Of a stretch of DNA of 64,000 nucleotides, positions 1-9,847 are shown piece by piece; the first letter of the stretch is position 1, and every line of letters starts with the position of its first letter. This stretch comes from a virus, in IMG/VR virus record IMGVR_UViG_3300047284_000516, positions 15,895 to 79,894 of that record. The stretch is one strand, 5' to 3'. The position numbers were made by a program, and so were the translations under genes. The notes beneath the pieces were generated by a model. That model saw only the letters and a list, made by a program, of their open reading frames with translations. It did no database searches and was not told where the DNA came from.

Positions 1-2
1 TA

Positions 3-458
3 AAAGGTAATACACTACTGCTGTTTAAGACTATTGATCATGGCCAAAGATTGTATAGAGAGATAGGGGATCAAATAGAAGATGGTAGAAAGATTTTCTA
101 TGTTGATGGTGGTGTTGATGGAGTAGTAAGAGAGGAAACAAGGAAGGCAATAGAACAGGAGGAGAATTCCGTTATTGTTGCATCACTTGGTACTTTCAGC
201 ACAGGAATCAATATTAGAAACCTACATAATATTGTGTTTGCTAGTCCCAGTAAGTCGAGAGTGAAGACTCTTCAATCCATAGGCAGAGGTCTTAGAAAAA
301 GTGACACAAAAACATTAGCTGTTTTGTATGATATTGCTGATGATATGTCATGGAAATCACGTAACAACTTTACATTACTTCATTTTGCAGAGAGAATAAA
401 AATGTATAATGAGGAGATGTTCGATTATAAGACATATAATGTCAAACTAAAGGAGTAG
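3..458 (+). CDS. uvsW: UvsW DNA helicase, C-terminal part (5' truncated by window)
   Basis: Open frame from position 3 (KGNTLLLF...); SF2 motifs GTFSTGINI and LQSIGRGLR; upstream of gp55/47/46 as in T4-like phages. Confidence 0.93.
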   Translation, partial: KGNTLLLFKTIDHGQRLYREIGDQIEDGRKIFYVDGGVDGVVREETRKAIEQEENSVIVASLGTFSTGINIRNLHNIVFASPSKSRVKTLQSIGRGLRKSDTKTLAVLYDIADDMSWKSRNNFTLLHFAERIKMYNEEMFDYKTYNVKLKE

Positions 459-462
459 GACC

Positions 463-855
463 ATGACAGTCACAATCCTTAAACTAGTTAACGGTGTTGA
501 GGTCATCGGGGAGAATATAGAAATGACGTCAACATTTATAGTACTTAAGCATCCTATGCAGGTACTATATAAAATGGGATATGGGAATCTTCCCAATATT
601 TCCTTGGTTAAGTATAGCGTGTTTGCTGATGGAGAAGATATAACCTTTCCATTTACACACATTATCAATGTCATTACACCAAGGACAAAGTTTGTAGATT
701 TTTATAAGACAGCAGTGAATACATTACTTACAGAATATGAAGGGGTAATTGATGATCAACTTGATAAAGCTATTGACCGAGAACAATCCAATGAAGATCT
801 CAGCGAATACATGAGCAGCGTTCTAGAAAATTTTGACTCAACGACCCAACATTAA
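463..855 (+). CDS. Hypothetical protein (Sm-like N-terminus) between uvsW and gp55
   Basis: ORF with SD; ILKLVNGVEVIG start typical of this syntenic T4-like gene. Confidence 0.6.
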   Translation: MTVTILKLVNGVEVIGENIEMTSTFIVLKHPMQVLYKMGYGNLPNISLVKYSVFADGEDITFPFTHIINVITPRTKFVDFYKTAVNTLLTEYEGVIDDQLDKAIDREQSNEDLSEYMSSVLENFDSTTQH

Positions 856-856
856 T

Positions 857-1420
857 ATGACAACACACTACGTAGACAACAGTAAACTATTTGAAGAGAT
901 CAAGATCTACAGAATAGGGGTATTGGAATTCAAAGCTGGCACACGGAAGGTAAAACCTAAGATTCCGGAATACATTGGTACTTGTATCCTTCTAATAGCA
1001 AATAGATTATCTCATAAACCCAATTTCATTAACTACTCATACCGTGAAGAAATGATTAGTGATGGAATTGAAAATTGTATCAGCTATATTGATAACTTTG
1101 ATCCCGAAAAGTCAGATAATCCATTTGCATATTTTACACAGATCATTTACTATGCTTTCCTGCGAAGAATTGCCAAGGAAAGAAAGCAATTATATATTAA
1201 GCACAAAACACTAGAAAATAATATGCTGATGAATATTTTGGTGGAACAGCATGGAAGCGATGAGAATGAATTCCAGCTTGATCTACAAGATATGGATTTT
1301 GAAAATATGAATGAATTCATCAGATCATTTGAACAAAACATTGATAAGAGAAAGACCAAGAGACAAAAGGGTCTTGATCAGTTTCTAGAGGATGATAATG
1401 AAGATAGCAATACTGGGTGA
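857..1420 (+). CDS. 55: Late-transcription sigma factor gp55
   Basis: HYVDN, YREEMISDGIENC, NPFAYFTQIIYYAFLRRI motifs; ATG at 857. Confidence 0.95.
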   Translation: MTTHYVDNSKLFEEIKIYRIGVLEFKAGTRKVKPKIPEYIGTCILLIANRLSHKPNFINYSYREEMISDGIENCISYIDNFDPEKSDNPFAYFTQIIYYAFLRRIAKERKQLYIKHKTLENNMLMNILVEQHGSDENEFQLDLQDMDFENMNEFIRSFEQNIDKRKTKRQKGLDQFLEDDNEDSNTG

Positions 1421-2462
1421 TGTTCACTTTGGAGCACGTAATGATAGTGTACACTTCTCAAAATTTTTCGAGAAGTTCTATCTAGATATATTCTTTCCCT
1501 ATCTCGACAAACATAAGATCACTACTATCTTTCAATTGGGAGATGTGTTTGATCGTCGCAAATACATCAACTTTGCATCTCTCCATGCATGTCGACAGTA
1601 TTTTTTTGAACAGGTACAATCTCGCGGCATCGATACCTACATTTTAGCTGGGAATCATGATGTGTTCTATAAAAATACCAACGATGTAAACTCGTTAGAA
1701 CTCCTTACAAAGGAATACGATCGGGTTAAAATCATTGCATCACGCCCAAAGGAGGTGGAATTAGCCAACAACTCTTTCCTTTTTGTCCCCTGGATATGCG
1801 AAGATAATTACGATCAGACGATCAGAACTTTAAAAACAACGCAGTCACCTGTAGTTTTAGGTCATCTGGAGCTAGCAGGATTTGAGATGACCAAGGGTCA
1901 TATGATTGAAGAAGGCATGGATCCTTCGCTGTTCTGTAGATTTGAGCATGTGTTTTCTGGACACTATCATCACAGATCATCAGCATACAACATAACATAT
2001 GTGGGTACACCATATGAAATAACATGGTCTGATTATGGTGATCAAAAAGGCTTCCATATCTTTGATACCGATACCAGAGAAGCAACCTTCATTACAAATC
2101 CGTTTTCTATATTCAAGAAGTTGTATTATAATGATAAGGATAAGGGCTCCGACTACATTGCATCAATAGGACTGGAGAACTATGTGGGTTGCTATGCAAA
2201 AGTTATCGTTAAGGAACGTACAAATCAGTTCATGTTGGAAAGCTTAATTGATCAAATGGAGAAGATTGGTGTTGTTGATCTTCAGGTTGTCGAGGAGACA
2301 GCGTTTAGTGATAATTTAACTGAAGAGCAGATCATTAATGAAGCAGAGGATACGTTAACCATTCTTACAAAGTATACCGATCAGCTGGATGTTGGGGTGG
2401 ACAATAAAAAACTGCAAGCATTGCTTACAGACCTTTATAATGAAGCGTTGAGTATTGAATGA
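1398..2462 (+). CDS. 47: Recombination endonuclease subunit gp47 (Mre11/SbcD-like)
   Basis: Metallophosphoesterase motifs GDVHFG, GDVFD, GNHD, SGHYH. Confidence 0.95.
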   Translation: MKIAILGDVHFGARNDSVHFSKFFEKFYLDIFFPYLDKHKITTIFQLGDVFDRRKYINFASLHACRQYFFEQVQSRGIDTYILAGNHDVFYKNTNDVNSLELLTKEYDRVKIIASRPKEVELANNSFLFVPWICEDNYDQTIRTLKTTQSPVVLGHLELAGFEMTKGHMIEEGMDPSLFCRFEHVFSGHYHHRSSAYNITYVGTPYEITWSDYGDQKGFHIFDTDTREATFITNPFSIFKKLYYNDKDKGSDYIASIGLENYVGCYAKVIVKERTNQFMLESLIDQMEKIGVVDLQVVEETAFSDNLTEEQIINEAEDTLTILTKYTDQLDVGVDNKKLQALLTDLYNEALSIE

Positions 2463-4177
2463 TTACATTTAACACCATCAAGTGGAAGAATTTTCTCTCG
2501 ACGGGCAATGCTTTTACGGAAATAAATTTAAATTCACATCGAACATCATTAATTGTTGGTAATAATGGAGCAGGTAAGTCCACTATTTTAGATGCTTTGT
2601 GCTTTGCCCTATATGGTAAACCGTTTAGAAAGATTAACAAACCACAACTCCTCAATTCCATCAATGGAAAAGAATGTGTGGTTGAAATTGAATTTAGTGC
2701 TCACAATAAAACATTTAAGGTTGTTCGTGGAATAAAGCCCAATATATTCAAGATCTTCCAGAATGGGGAAGTTATTAATCAACATGCTGATATGAAAGAT
2801 TATCAAGAGTATTTGGAAAAGCAAGTACTGAAGATGAATTTCAAATCGTTTTCACAAATTGTGATTCTTGGAAGTGCATCCTTCGTTCCATTTATGCAGT
2901 TGTCTGCTGCCAATCGTAGAGAGATTATCGAAGATCTTTTGGATATTCAAATCTTTACTACAATGAATATTCTATTGAAGGAAAAGCTATCCCTTCACAA
3001 GGAACATCTAACGAGTCTAGAATATAAGATTAAAAATCTCGAAGATCAAATAGAGATTGAAAAAAGGCATAACGACGATATTAAGGAATCAAAGGATGCC
3101 TCGATTAGTCAGAAGCAAAAGCAGATAGGGGATTTGCTAGCAGATAATCAGCTACTTTCAACTAAGGTTCAGGAGTTAATTGATCAGGTCAATCAATACA
3201 ATCAGCAGCTCACACAAGAGACAGAAGCTGAAGATAAGCTAGACAAGTATGATAAAATGCATAGGACATGCATCACCAAATATACGCACCTCAAAAAAGA
3301 ATTGACGTTCTTTGAGGAGCATGATCAGTGTCCTTCGTGCAAGCAACCTATTCTCTCTGCATACAAAGATACTATTTTAGAAAACGATCGGGAGCAATTG
3401 AAGCAGTATGCTGAGGCAAAGCAAAAGCTGGAGCAGAAAAAGGCTAAAGTGGAGCAGCTAATTGATAGTTTTGCAGCCTTGCATAAGAAAATCAATCATC
3501 TACAGCAACAGATAGCTGACTATAATAACAAATCAACTCTCAACAATCGAATGATCGATATGATTAATAAGGATATCGAATCGTTAAAAGTTAACGAAGA
3601 CCATCATCAAAAAAATCAAAAGACAATAAAGGCACTACAAATTCAGCTTCGCAGTGTTGGAAATGAACGAGAGGATGCAGGAGAGCACAAGCGTATGCTT
3701 GATCTAGCTGCTACACTTCTCAGAGATGGTGGTATAAAGACTAAAATTATTAAGCAATATGTTCCAATTATCAATCAGTTGATTAATAAGTATCTAACAT
3801 CAATGGATTTCTTTGTCAATTTTGAATTGGATGAGAATTTCAATGAAACAATTAAGTCCAGATTTAGAGATGATTTTAGTTATGAGTCTTTTTCAGAGGG
3901 GGAAAAATCAAGATTGGATCTAGCATTGCTGTTTACTTGGAGAGCAATTGCAAAGATGAGAAACTCGGCGAGTACCAATCTTCTAATATTGGATGAGGTA
4001 TTTGATGGTTCGTTGGATGGAACCGGTAATGATGAACTCTTGAAGATTTTAGACAGTCTGTCTCATGGTAACAACGTATTTGTTATCTCTCATAGAACCG
4101 ATGCAATGTTGGATAAGTTTGAGAGAGTTCTCAAGTTTGAAAAGCATAAAAATTTCTCTAGGATTGTTGAAGCATGA
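2459..4177 (+). CDS. 46: Recombination ATPase gp46 (Rad50/SbcC-like)
   Basis: Walker A GNNGAGKS, coiled coil with CPSC hook, FSEGEK signature, LILDEVFD Walker B. Confidence 0.96.
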   Translation: MITFNTIKWKNFLSTGNAFTEINLNSHRTSLIVGNNGAGKSTILDALCFALYGKPFRKINKPQLLNSINGKECVVEIEFSAHNKTFKVVRGIKPNIFKIFQNGEVINQHADMKDYQEYLEKQVLKMNFKSFSQIVILGSASFVPFMQLSAANRREIIEDLLDIQIFTTMNILLKEKLSLHKEHLTSLEYKIKNLEDQIEIEKRHNDDIKESKDASISQKQKQIGDLLADNQLLSTKVQELIDQVNQYNQQLTQETEAEDKLDKYDKMHRTCITKYTHLKKELTFFEEHDQCPSCKQPILSAYKDTILENDREQLKQYAEAKQKLEQKKAKVEQLIDSFAALHKKINHLQQQIADYNNKSTLNNRMIDMINKDIESLKVNEDHHQKNQKTIKALQIQLRSVGNEREDAGEHKRMLDLAATLLRDGGIKTKIIKQYVPIINQLINKYLTSMDFFVNFELDENFNETIKSRFRDDFSYESFSEGEKSRLDLALLFTWRAIAKMRNSASTNLLILDEVFDGSLDGTGNDELLKILDSLSHGNNVFVISHRTDAMLDKFERVLKFEKHKNFSRIVEA

Positions 4178-4677
4178 CTTTTAAAATTGTACATCACACG
4201 CACCCACTACTATCACAGAAACTTGAGTCATTTGACTTTCTCGATCCTCCTGTAGATCCAATAGAATTTGCAAAGGAACTATTTGAAACAATGATTGAAA
4301 GTGAAGCTATTGGCCTTGCAGCTAATCAATGTGGGTTCCCCTATAGGGTGTTCTGTATTAAATCCAATCCCGGTATTGTTTGTTATAATCCTAGGATAGT
4401 AGATTCTTCTACAAAAGAGGTCTTGTTGGATGAGGGGTGCGTATCCTATCCCAAATTATTTTTAAAGGTTAAACGACCACAAACTATTAAGGTTAGATAC
4501 GATGAACCGAATGGTAATACTGTAACAACAAAGTTTACTGGAATTACAGCAAGAGTATTTCTCCACGAGTATGATCATCTTGAGGGGATCAATTTCACAA
4601 GACGTTCAAATCGAATTCACTTGGACAGAGCACTTCGCCAGCAAAAATGGTTACTCCGTCACACTAAGCATGCTTAA
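4174..4677 (+). CDS. def: Peptide deformylase
   Basis: IGLAANQ, EGCVS and HEYDHLEG motifs. Confidence 0.93.
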   Translation: MTFKIVHHTHPLLSQKLESFDFLDPPVDPIEFAKELFETMIESEAIGLAANQCGFPYRVFCIKSNPGIVCYNPRIVDSSTKEVLLDEGCVSYPKLFLKVKRPQTIKVRYDEPNGNTVTTKFTGITARVFLHEYDHLEGINFTRRSNRIHLDRALRQQKWLLRHTKHA

Positions 4678-4831
4678 AGCGGCATGGAGGTTATGGGCAA
4701 AGGCTTTGGGAGAGAAGGCATCCCCAGATAATAAAGAAGCAGACCTTGTTGCTTGTATTAGAACAATAATTGTAGTAACATATCTTATGACTAACATTGT
4801 TATTGTAGCAGGGGTCATACATCATTGGTAA
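4670..4831 (+). CDS. Small membrane protein
   Basis: MLKAAWRLWAKALGEKA... with C-terminal hydrophobic helix; overlaps def stop. Confidence 0.6.
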   Translation: MLKAAWRLWAKALGEKASPDNKEADLVACIRTIIVVTYLMTNIVIVAGVIHHW

Positions 4832-4841
4832 GGAACAAAAA

Positions 4842-5690
4842 ATGGCTAAACTAAAAGTATCAGAGTTGTTTTACTCTTTGCAGGGCGAGGGAAGATATAT
4901 GGGTATCCCCTCTATCTTCCTCAGAACATATGGATGCAACTTCACGTGCTCTGGATTTGGTATGGGTCTTGGAGAGAAAAGTGAAGAGCGATTGCAAATT
5001 GTAGCAGAAAATTATAAATCATATAAAGATTTACCACTTGTTCATACTGGCTGTGACAGCTATGCTTCATGGGATCCAAGGTTCAAACATCTATCACCAA
5101 TGTTGGAAACTTCTGCAGTAGTGGATAGTATTAAGCAGATACTTCCTGGTAATCGTTGGGGAGACGTTCATTTGGTGATTACTGGTGGCGAGCCTCTTTT
5201 AGGTTGGCAACGCTCATATCCTGAGCTTTTGGATGACCCGAGAAACAAAGATCTACAAGAGATCACATTTGAGACGAACGGTTCACAATATCTTACACCA
5301 GAATTTGAGAAGTATCTTTTCGAAGAATGGACTCGCCACGGTAGAGATTACCAGAAGTTGACATTCTCCGTATCTCCTAAACTATCTGTATCAGGGGAAC
5401 GGTGGGAGGATGCTATCAAGCCAGAAGTTATTAAACAGTATGAGACGGTTGGATACACATACTTGAAGTTTGTTGTAGCTAGTAAGTATGATGTATCTGA
5501 AGCGGAAAATGCAGTGAATGAATATCGCAAAGTTGGCTTTGGTGGTCCAGTTTATCTCATGCCCTGCGGTGGCACTGAGCAACTTTATGAACTCAATAAA
5601 ACACAAGTAGCTGAACATGCAATGAAGTTGGGATGGCGATATTCCGATAGACTACAGATTCCACTCTTTAAAAATGCATGGGGTACATGA
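4842..5690 (+). CDS. queE: 7-carboxy-7-deazaguanine synthase QueE (radical SAM, atypical Cys spacing)
   Basis: ELFYSLQGEG, FLRTYGCNFTC, GCDS, ITGGEPLL, FETNG, SVSPKL; clustered with queD and folE. Confidence 0.9.
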   Translation: MAKLKVSELFYSLQGEGRYMGIPSIFLRTYGCNFTCSGFGMGLGEKSEERLQIVAENYKSYKDLPLVHTGCDSYASWDPRFKHLSPMLETSAVVDSIKQILPGNRWGDVHLVITGGEPLLGWQRSYPELLDDPRNKDLQEITFETNGSQYLTPEFEKYLFEEWTRHGRDYQKLTFSVSPKLSVSGERWEDAIKPEVIKQYETVGYTYLKFVVASKYDVSEAENAVNEYRKVGFGGPVYLMPCGGTEQLYELNKTQVAEHAMKLGWRYSDRLQIPLFKNAWGT

Positions 5691-6124
5691 TGGCATACAA
5701 ATATTCATTTCATGACTATAGTAATGATATTTTAAATCTTTACAGAAAGATTGTGGACTCTGGAACAAAATACGATTTGGTGGTTGGGGTTGCCCGAGGA
5801 GGCGTTATTCCAGCAGTGCATTTATCCCATCTTCTTGAGGTTCCATATGCTACTCTTCAGTGGTCTACAGCAAAGGATCGGGTACAGGAGAGGAGTAATC
5901 CGCATATTATGTGTGCTAAAGGTCCTGTTCTGATTGTCGATGATATTGTAGATGATGGTGGCACAATGAGAGGTATTATGGAGTCATATCCCCAATGTGA
6001 TACCGCTTCTTTGTTACTGAATGTAACCAATAGATATAATGTGGTTCCGACATTCACATCATGGAGTTTTAGTAGAGAGGATGTTCCTCAATGGATTGAT
6101 TTTTGGTGGGAGACTATTGCATGA
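5687..6124 (+). CDS. Type I phosphoribosyltransferase (Gpt/xanthine PRT-like)
   Basis: VGVARGGVIPA and PRPP-binding VLIVDDIVDDGGT motifs; WIDFWWE C-terminus. Confidence 0.85.
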   Translation: MMAYKYSFHDYSNDILNLYRKIVDSGTKYDLVVGVARGGVIPAVHLSHLLEVPYATLQWSTAKDRVQERSNPHIMCAKGPVLIVDDIVDDGGTMRGIMESYPQCDTASLLLNVTNRYNVVPTFTSWSFSREDVPQWIDFWWETIA

Positions 6125-6627
6125 CAACAAAAGTAACAAGGCATTACAAGTACGTTTCAACAAAAGAATATCATGACGCATTTCCATGTGCATATAGGCA
6201 GTGGAGAGCGGATAGTCATTGCAACTTGATTCATGGATATAGTTTTTCCATGAAGTTCTTTTTTGGTACGGATGATTTGGATGTGCGTAACTGGGCAGCA
6301 GATTATGGGGGTCTAAAGGAGTTGAAAAAGATCCTTGAGGATCAGTTTGATCATACCCTTTTAGTATCGGAAGATGATCCAGAGCTCGAGACATACAAAT
6401 TATTGCAGCAAAAGAATATGGCAAAGCTAACAATTCTTCCAAAGCTCGGATGCGAGGGTCTAGCAGATATGCTATACAAATATGTTAATGGTGTATACAT
6501 TCCAGATATGTGGGGTCCGGGTGAAGCAGAGCGTCTCTGGTGCTTCAGAGTAGAGGTTAGAGAGACGCAGACCAATATGGCTTTCAGACAGGGTCATAGA
6601 GAATGGGGGGAAAACCTTCTTGATTGA
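6121..6627 (+). CDS. queD: 6-carboxytetrahydropterin synthase QueD
   Basis: CNLIHGYS (CxxxHG), DYGGLK, FDHTLL motifs; T-fold PTPS family. Confidence 0.88.
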   Translation: MTTKVTRHYKYVSTKEYHDAFPCAYRQWRADSHCNLIHGYSFSMKFFFGTDDLDVRNWAADYGGLKELKKILEDQFDHTLLVSEDDPELETYKLLQQKNMAKLTILPKLGCEGLADMLYKYVNGVYIPDMWGPGEAERLWCFRVEVRETQTNMAFRQGHREWGENLLD

Positions 6628-7303
6628 TTGTAAGGCGTTTATGATTGTTGTAAAAGACAATCACGTCTCGCAATTCTATTCAAAGGTATGTATTCCTTCT
6701 TGGGAGAACAGGGGTGTGGATGTGCAGCTGTGGCAGGCCTCTACACCCCTTACTATAGACAAACGTCTTAGATTTGCTCCCATGACTACAATCAAGTACA
6801 GATCACTTGGTATATCAAAAGAACTCACACCCACAGAACGGGCAGTATGGTCAAGCCACTTTAGAATGTGGGAACACTGCATTAATATCAATCAACCAAT
6901 ACTCGTATTAGAGCATGATAGTTTTTGCATCAACATCGATCATTTAACCATACAACCACAAGCGTTTGTAACATATGATAAGGGAGCAATGGGCTGCTAT
7001 ATCATACGACCGGAGTTTGCTAGGGTGTTAGTTGAGGATGCTATCAAGATTAGAATAGATTGTGGACCACTGGGATATGTAAAGTGGCGATCAGAAATAC
7101 ACAAAATACCGATTATTACAGCCGAACACCCCTCATACAAAATGGTTTCGAACCAAGTATATTGTCCAGACTATGGACGTACTGTTGATCACTACACGGG
7201 AACAGACGCTAAGAATCATATGCATCGATTCAATAAATTTGGATATCTTTTTGTAGATAGAAAAGGAAATGTTGACCTTAACCGAGTGATTGAGGTATTA
7301 TGA
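6620..7303 (+). CDS. Glycosyltransferase family 25-like protein
   Basis: SH..MWEHC...PILVLEHD and CYII.P motifs of GT25. Confidence 0.65.
   Translation: MIDCKAFMIVVKDNHVSQFYSKVCIPSWENRGVDVQLWQASTPLTIDKRLRFAPMTTIKYRSLGISKELTPTERAVWSSHFRMWEHCININQPILVLEHDSFCINIDHLTIQPQAFVTYDKGAMGCYIIRPEFARVLVEDAIKIRIDCGPLGYVKWRSEIHKIPIITAEHPSYKMVSNQVYCPDYGRTVDHYTGTDAKNHMHRFNKFGYLFVDRKGNVDLNRVIEVL
7272..7301 (+). promoter_or_regulatory. Possible sigma70-type promoter upstream of folE
   Basis: TTGACC-N18-TATTAT. Confidence 0.4.
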
Positions 7304-7324
7304 GTTATATTTTATGGAGGTAGT

Positions 7325-8008
7325 ATGGAAAAACACTTGTCGGAAGTAATTAGAGATCGTCTCAAGCAAAACAATAAGAGATACTTTGCTAGCGACAATA
7401 TTTCTGATTATATCACTGAAGATGAACAGAAGCAATTGGTTGAGGAGCTAACAGTAAAGTTTGAAGGGGTATTAGACTCGTTGATTATCGATAGAGAGAA
7501 TGATCCCAATAGTCACGGCACTGCAAAGCGTCTCGCTAAAATGTATGTCTATGAACTAATGGAGGGTCGTTATTCTCCAATGCCTGATGTTACAGCGTTT
7601 CCAAATCAAGGAGCGGATCGCTTTGAGGGAATGCTGGTAGTGAGGGCAGAGCTTGTGTCTATGTGTAGCCATCACCATCAGCCAGTTAAGGGGGTAGCAA
7701 TTATCGGTATCATTCCTACAGGAGAAGTGATTGGCCTGTCCAAGTATGCGAGGATTGCTCAGTGGTGTGCTCGTAGAGGAACACTGCAAGAAGAGCTTGC
7801 CAATCAGATTGCTAAAGAAATTATGAATGCAACGGATACAGAGAATGTGGCTGTCCACTTAGACATGATTCATGGGTGTATGGAGAACCGAGGAGTGATG
7901 GCTCATTCTAGCCAGACTCAAGCTACTGTGGTTCATGGGTTGTTTCACAACGATTCGGTCAAGGCTGAGTTTTTATCTCACGTCGATCGGCAGCTTTTAA
8001 GACGATAA
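7325..8008 (+). CDS. folE: GTP cyclohydrolase I
   Basis: SMCSHHHQP, GLSKYARI, LQEEL, HGCMENRGV motifs. Confidence 0.95.
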   Translation: MEKHLSEVIRDRLKQNNKRYFASDNISDYITEDEQKQLVEELTVKFEGVLDSLIIDRENDPNSHGTAKRLAKMYVYELMEGRYSPMPDVTAFPNQGADRFEGMLVVRAELVSMCSHHHQPVKGVAIIGIIPTGEVIGLSKYARIAQWCARRGTLQEELANQIAKEIMNATDTENVAVHLDMIHGCMENRGVMAHSSQTQATVVHGLFHNDSVKAEFLSHVDRQLLRR

Positions 8009-8591
8009 AGGAGCCATCCTCGCATGAGCTTATCATTTTTTTCATTTCGTAATCGGATAGTTGATAAGCTCTTGCTGCAGCTCTTAATGAATAAAAATAG
8101 CCATTAGGTGTTTTGACGTGGTTGGAATGTGGTCTGTTTTTAAGGTATTTTTCTTTTGATTCTTTTCTAAACATTGGATTGTGTTCTGTCATTCTTTTCT
8201 TTACTATTTGTTTAACCTTTTCAGAAGCAAAAATATTATCCTTACCTTTTTTATATGTCCCTTTGCGTTTTCTTGTTTGAACACCTTTAAAATGGCTTTC
8301 TTTGCTCCAGCCCGGAGGAGGAACATGAAAGGATTTATCAAATAATTTATAAGCCCACATCATTTTGTGTTTATTTTGGCCTTCAGTAAATTTTATAAGT
8401 AAAAGATGTGCTAGTTTGTGTTCTCGGAATGTTAACAGTACGATATTTTCTTCATCGTCGTTGCCACCCAGTGACCTTGGAATTATGTGGTGGAATTGCT
8501 GGTCGTCACCTTTAACTTTAACACGTCGTTGACTTTTAGCTCTTTCTATTAGAAGATTGTAGTGTTTTAGATATTTGTTTGTTGTGAACAT
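7959..8591 (-). mobile_element. Free-standing HNH homing endonuclease, antisense within the deazaguanine cluster
   Basis: HHIIPRSLGG.D..ENIVLLTFREHKLAHLLL HNH motif, basic DNA-binding tail, opposite strand, lower GC, own late promoter. Confidence 0.88.
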
Positions 8592-8622
8592 AATGGCTGC
8601 ATCCAAAAGGTTGTATGTAAAC

Positions 8623-8630
8623 TATTTATA
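8623..8630 (-). promoter_or_regulatory. T4-type late promoter (TATAAATA) for the HNH gene
   Basis: Exact TATAAATA on the minus strand about 30 nt upstream of the ATG at 8591. Confidence 0.75.
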
Positions 8631-8645
8631 AAAAGAGGTGTTAAG

Positions 8646-9005
8646 ATGCAAATCGCTAACAAAAAATTTATTTGGGTTACGTTTCAACGAGAAGGTATAC
8701 ACAACTATCCTATGGCTCCAGAGGGAGTGGAGTTTCTTAAATACCCACATCGTCATATATTTCATTTCAGAGTAGAACTGGAAGTATTTCATGATGATCG
8801 TGATGTGGAGTTTATTTTATTTAAACGAGAATTGGAAGCCATGTTTAATCAAAAGGGCATGCAGTTTGACTTTAAATCATGTGAAATGCTAGCAGATGAT
8901 ATCGCCAAGTATGTAAAGGAGCATTATCCTAATCGGGATTTAGTTGTCGAAGTCAGTGAAGATGGGGAAAATGGATGTCGTAACTACTATCAAGGAGTAC
9001 AGTGA
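8646..9005 (+). CDS. dpdL: QueD-like T-fold protein, DpdL-like (candidate CDG decarboxylase)
   Basis: LKYPHRHIF fits the LxxxHRHxF signature I recall for DpdL; SCEMLA and VEVSEDGEN T-fold motifs; sits between folE and the dpdA-like gene. Confidence 0.7.
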   Translation: MQIANKKFIWVTFQREGIHNYPMAPEGVEFLKYPHRHIFHFRVELEVFHDDRDVEFILFKRELEAMFNQKGMQFDFKSCEMLADDIAKYVKEHYPNRDLVVEVSEDGENGCRNYYQGVQ

Positions 9006-9847
9006 TGGCTTCGCCAATTAATTTCTGTCATATCGCACCTATTCCTCATTTGAAGGATTTTGTATCAACGAACAATGTTCATCTTACTCTTGCTCATTTA
9101 GTAGAAACCAGTGATGAATATGCAGATTTCTATCATAACCGAAAGTCTGGCCAGGTTATTATGGATAATAGTGCATTTGAAATGTACAAGCAAGGTCGAC
9201 CAATGTATGATCCAAGTAAGCTGATTGATATGGCCCGAAGGTGTCGAGCAGATTATATTGTTATGTCAGATTATCCGGGAGAGTCTTGGCTAAAGACTAA
9301 GCACGCAGCTCAAGAATTAATTCCTCAGATCAAACAAGCTGGATTCAAGACATTCTATGTTCCTCAAAGTGAGCCAGGGCATCTCGAAGGGTACATTGCT
9401 TCTTTAGTCTGGGCGTTAGAAGATGGTGATGTGGATATGATTGGTCTTTCAATTCTCGGTGTACCTATGGCTATGGGAATCAAGCAGGATCACAACAAAG
9501 CATATTTTGCTCAAAGATTCCTCAGTCGTTGGCGATTGTTTCAGATTCTTGATCAGCGTGGGTATCTCTCACACACTGAAAGAGCAACTAAGCGCTTTCA
9601 TTGCCTTGGAATGCAGGATGGACCCAATGAGATCTTGCTGCTGAAGCCATGGGCTCAGCACATCTACTCTTGGGATTCTAGTGCTGCTGTATGGGCAGGA
9701 TTGAATTATATTAAGTTTGATAGTTCACCTACGGGCTTGATGCATGGAAAGTATGAAGCGGAGGTTGATTTTAACTTCAAAGCAAGTCCAGCAACCATTA
9801 AACATGTGATGCGTAACATTAATTACATTAACAGTCTATGCGCATAA
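9005..9847 (+). CDS. dpdA: TGT-fold transglycosylase, DpdA-like
   Basis: IMDNSAFE (cf. DSGGF), MSDYPG, FHCLGM, SWDSS match TGT/DpdA catalytic motifs; no C-terminal Zn site of tRNA TGTs. Confidence 0.72.
   Translation: MASPINFCHIAPIPHLKDFVSTNNVHLTLAHLVETSDEYADFYHNRKSGQVIMDNSAFEMYKQGRPMYDPSKLIDMARRCRADYIVMSDYPGESWLKTKHAAQELIPQIKQAGFKTFYVPQSEPGHLEGYIASLVWALEDGDVDMIGLSILGVPMAMGIKQDHNKAYFAQRFLSRWRLFQILDQRGYLSHTERATKRFHCLGMQDGPNEILLLKPWAQHIYSWDSSAAVWAGLNYIKFDSSPTGLMHGKYEAEVDFNFKASPATIKHVMRNINYINSLCA

Noticed and set aside
4842-9847. Reading the cluster as tRNA queuosine biosynthesis
   Set aside because: No queC, queF or queA in the window, the TGT-like protein lacks the Zn site, and a DpdL-like gene is present; DNA modification fits better, though genes outside the window cannot be excluded
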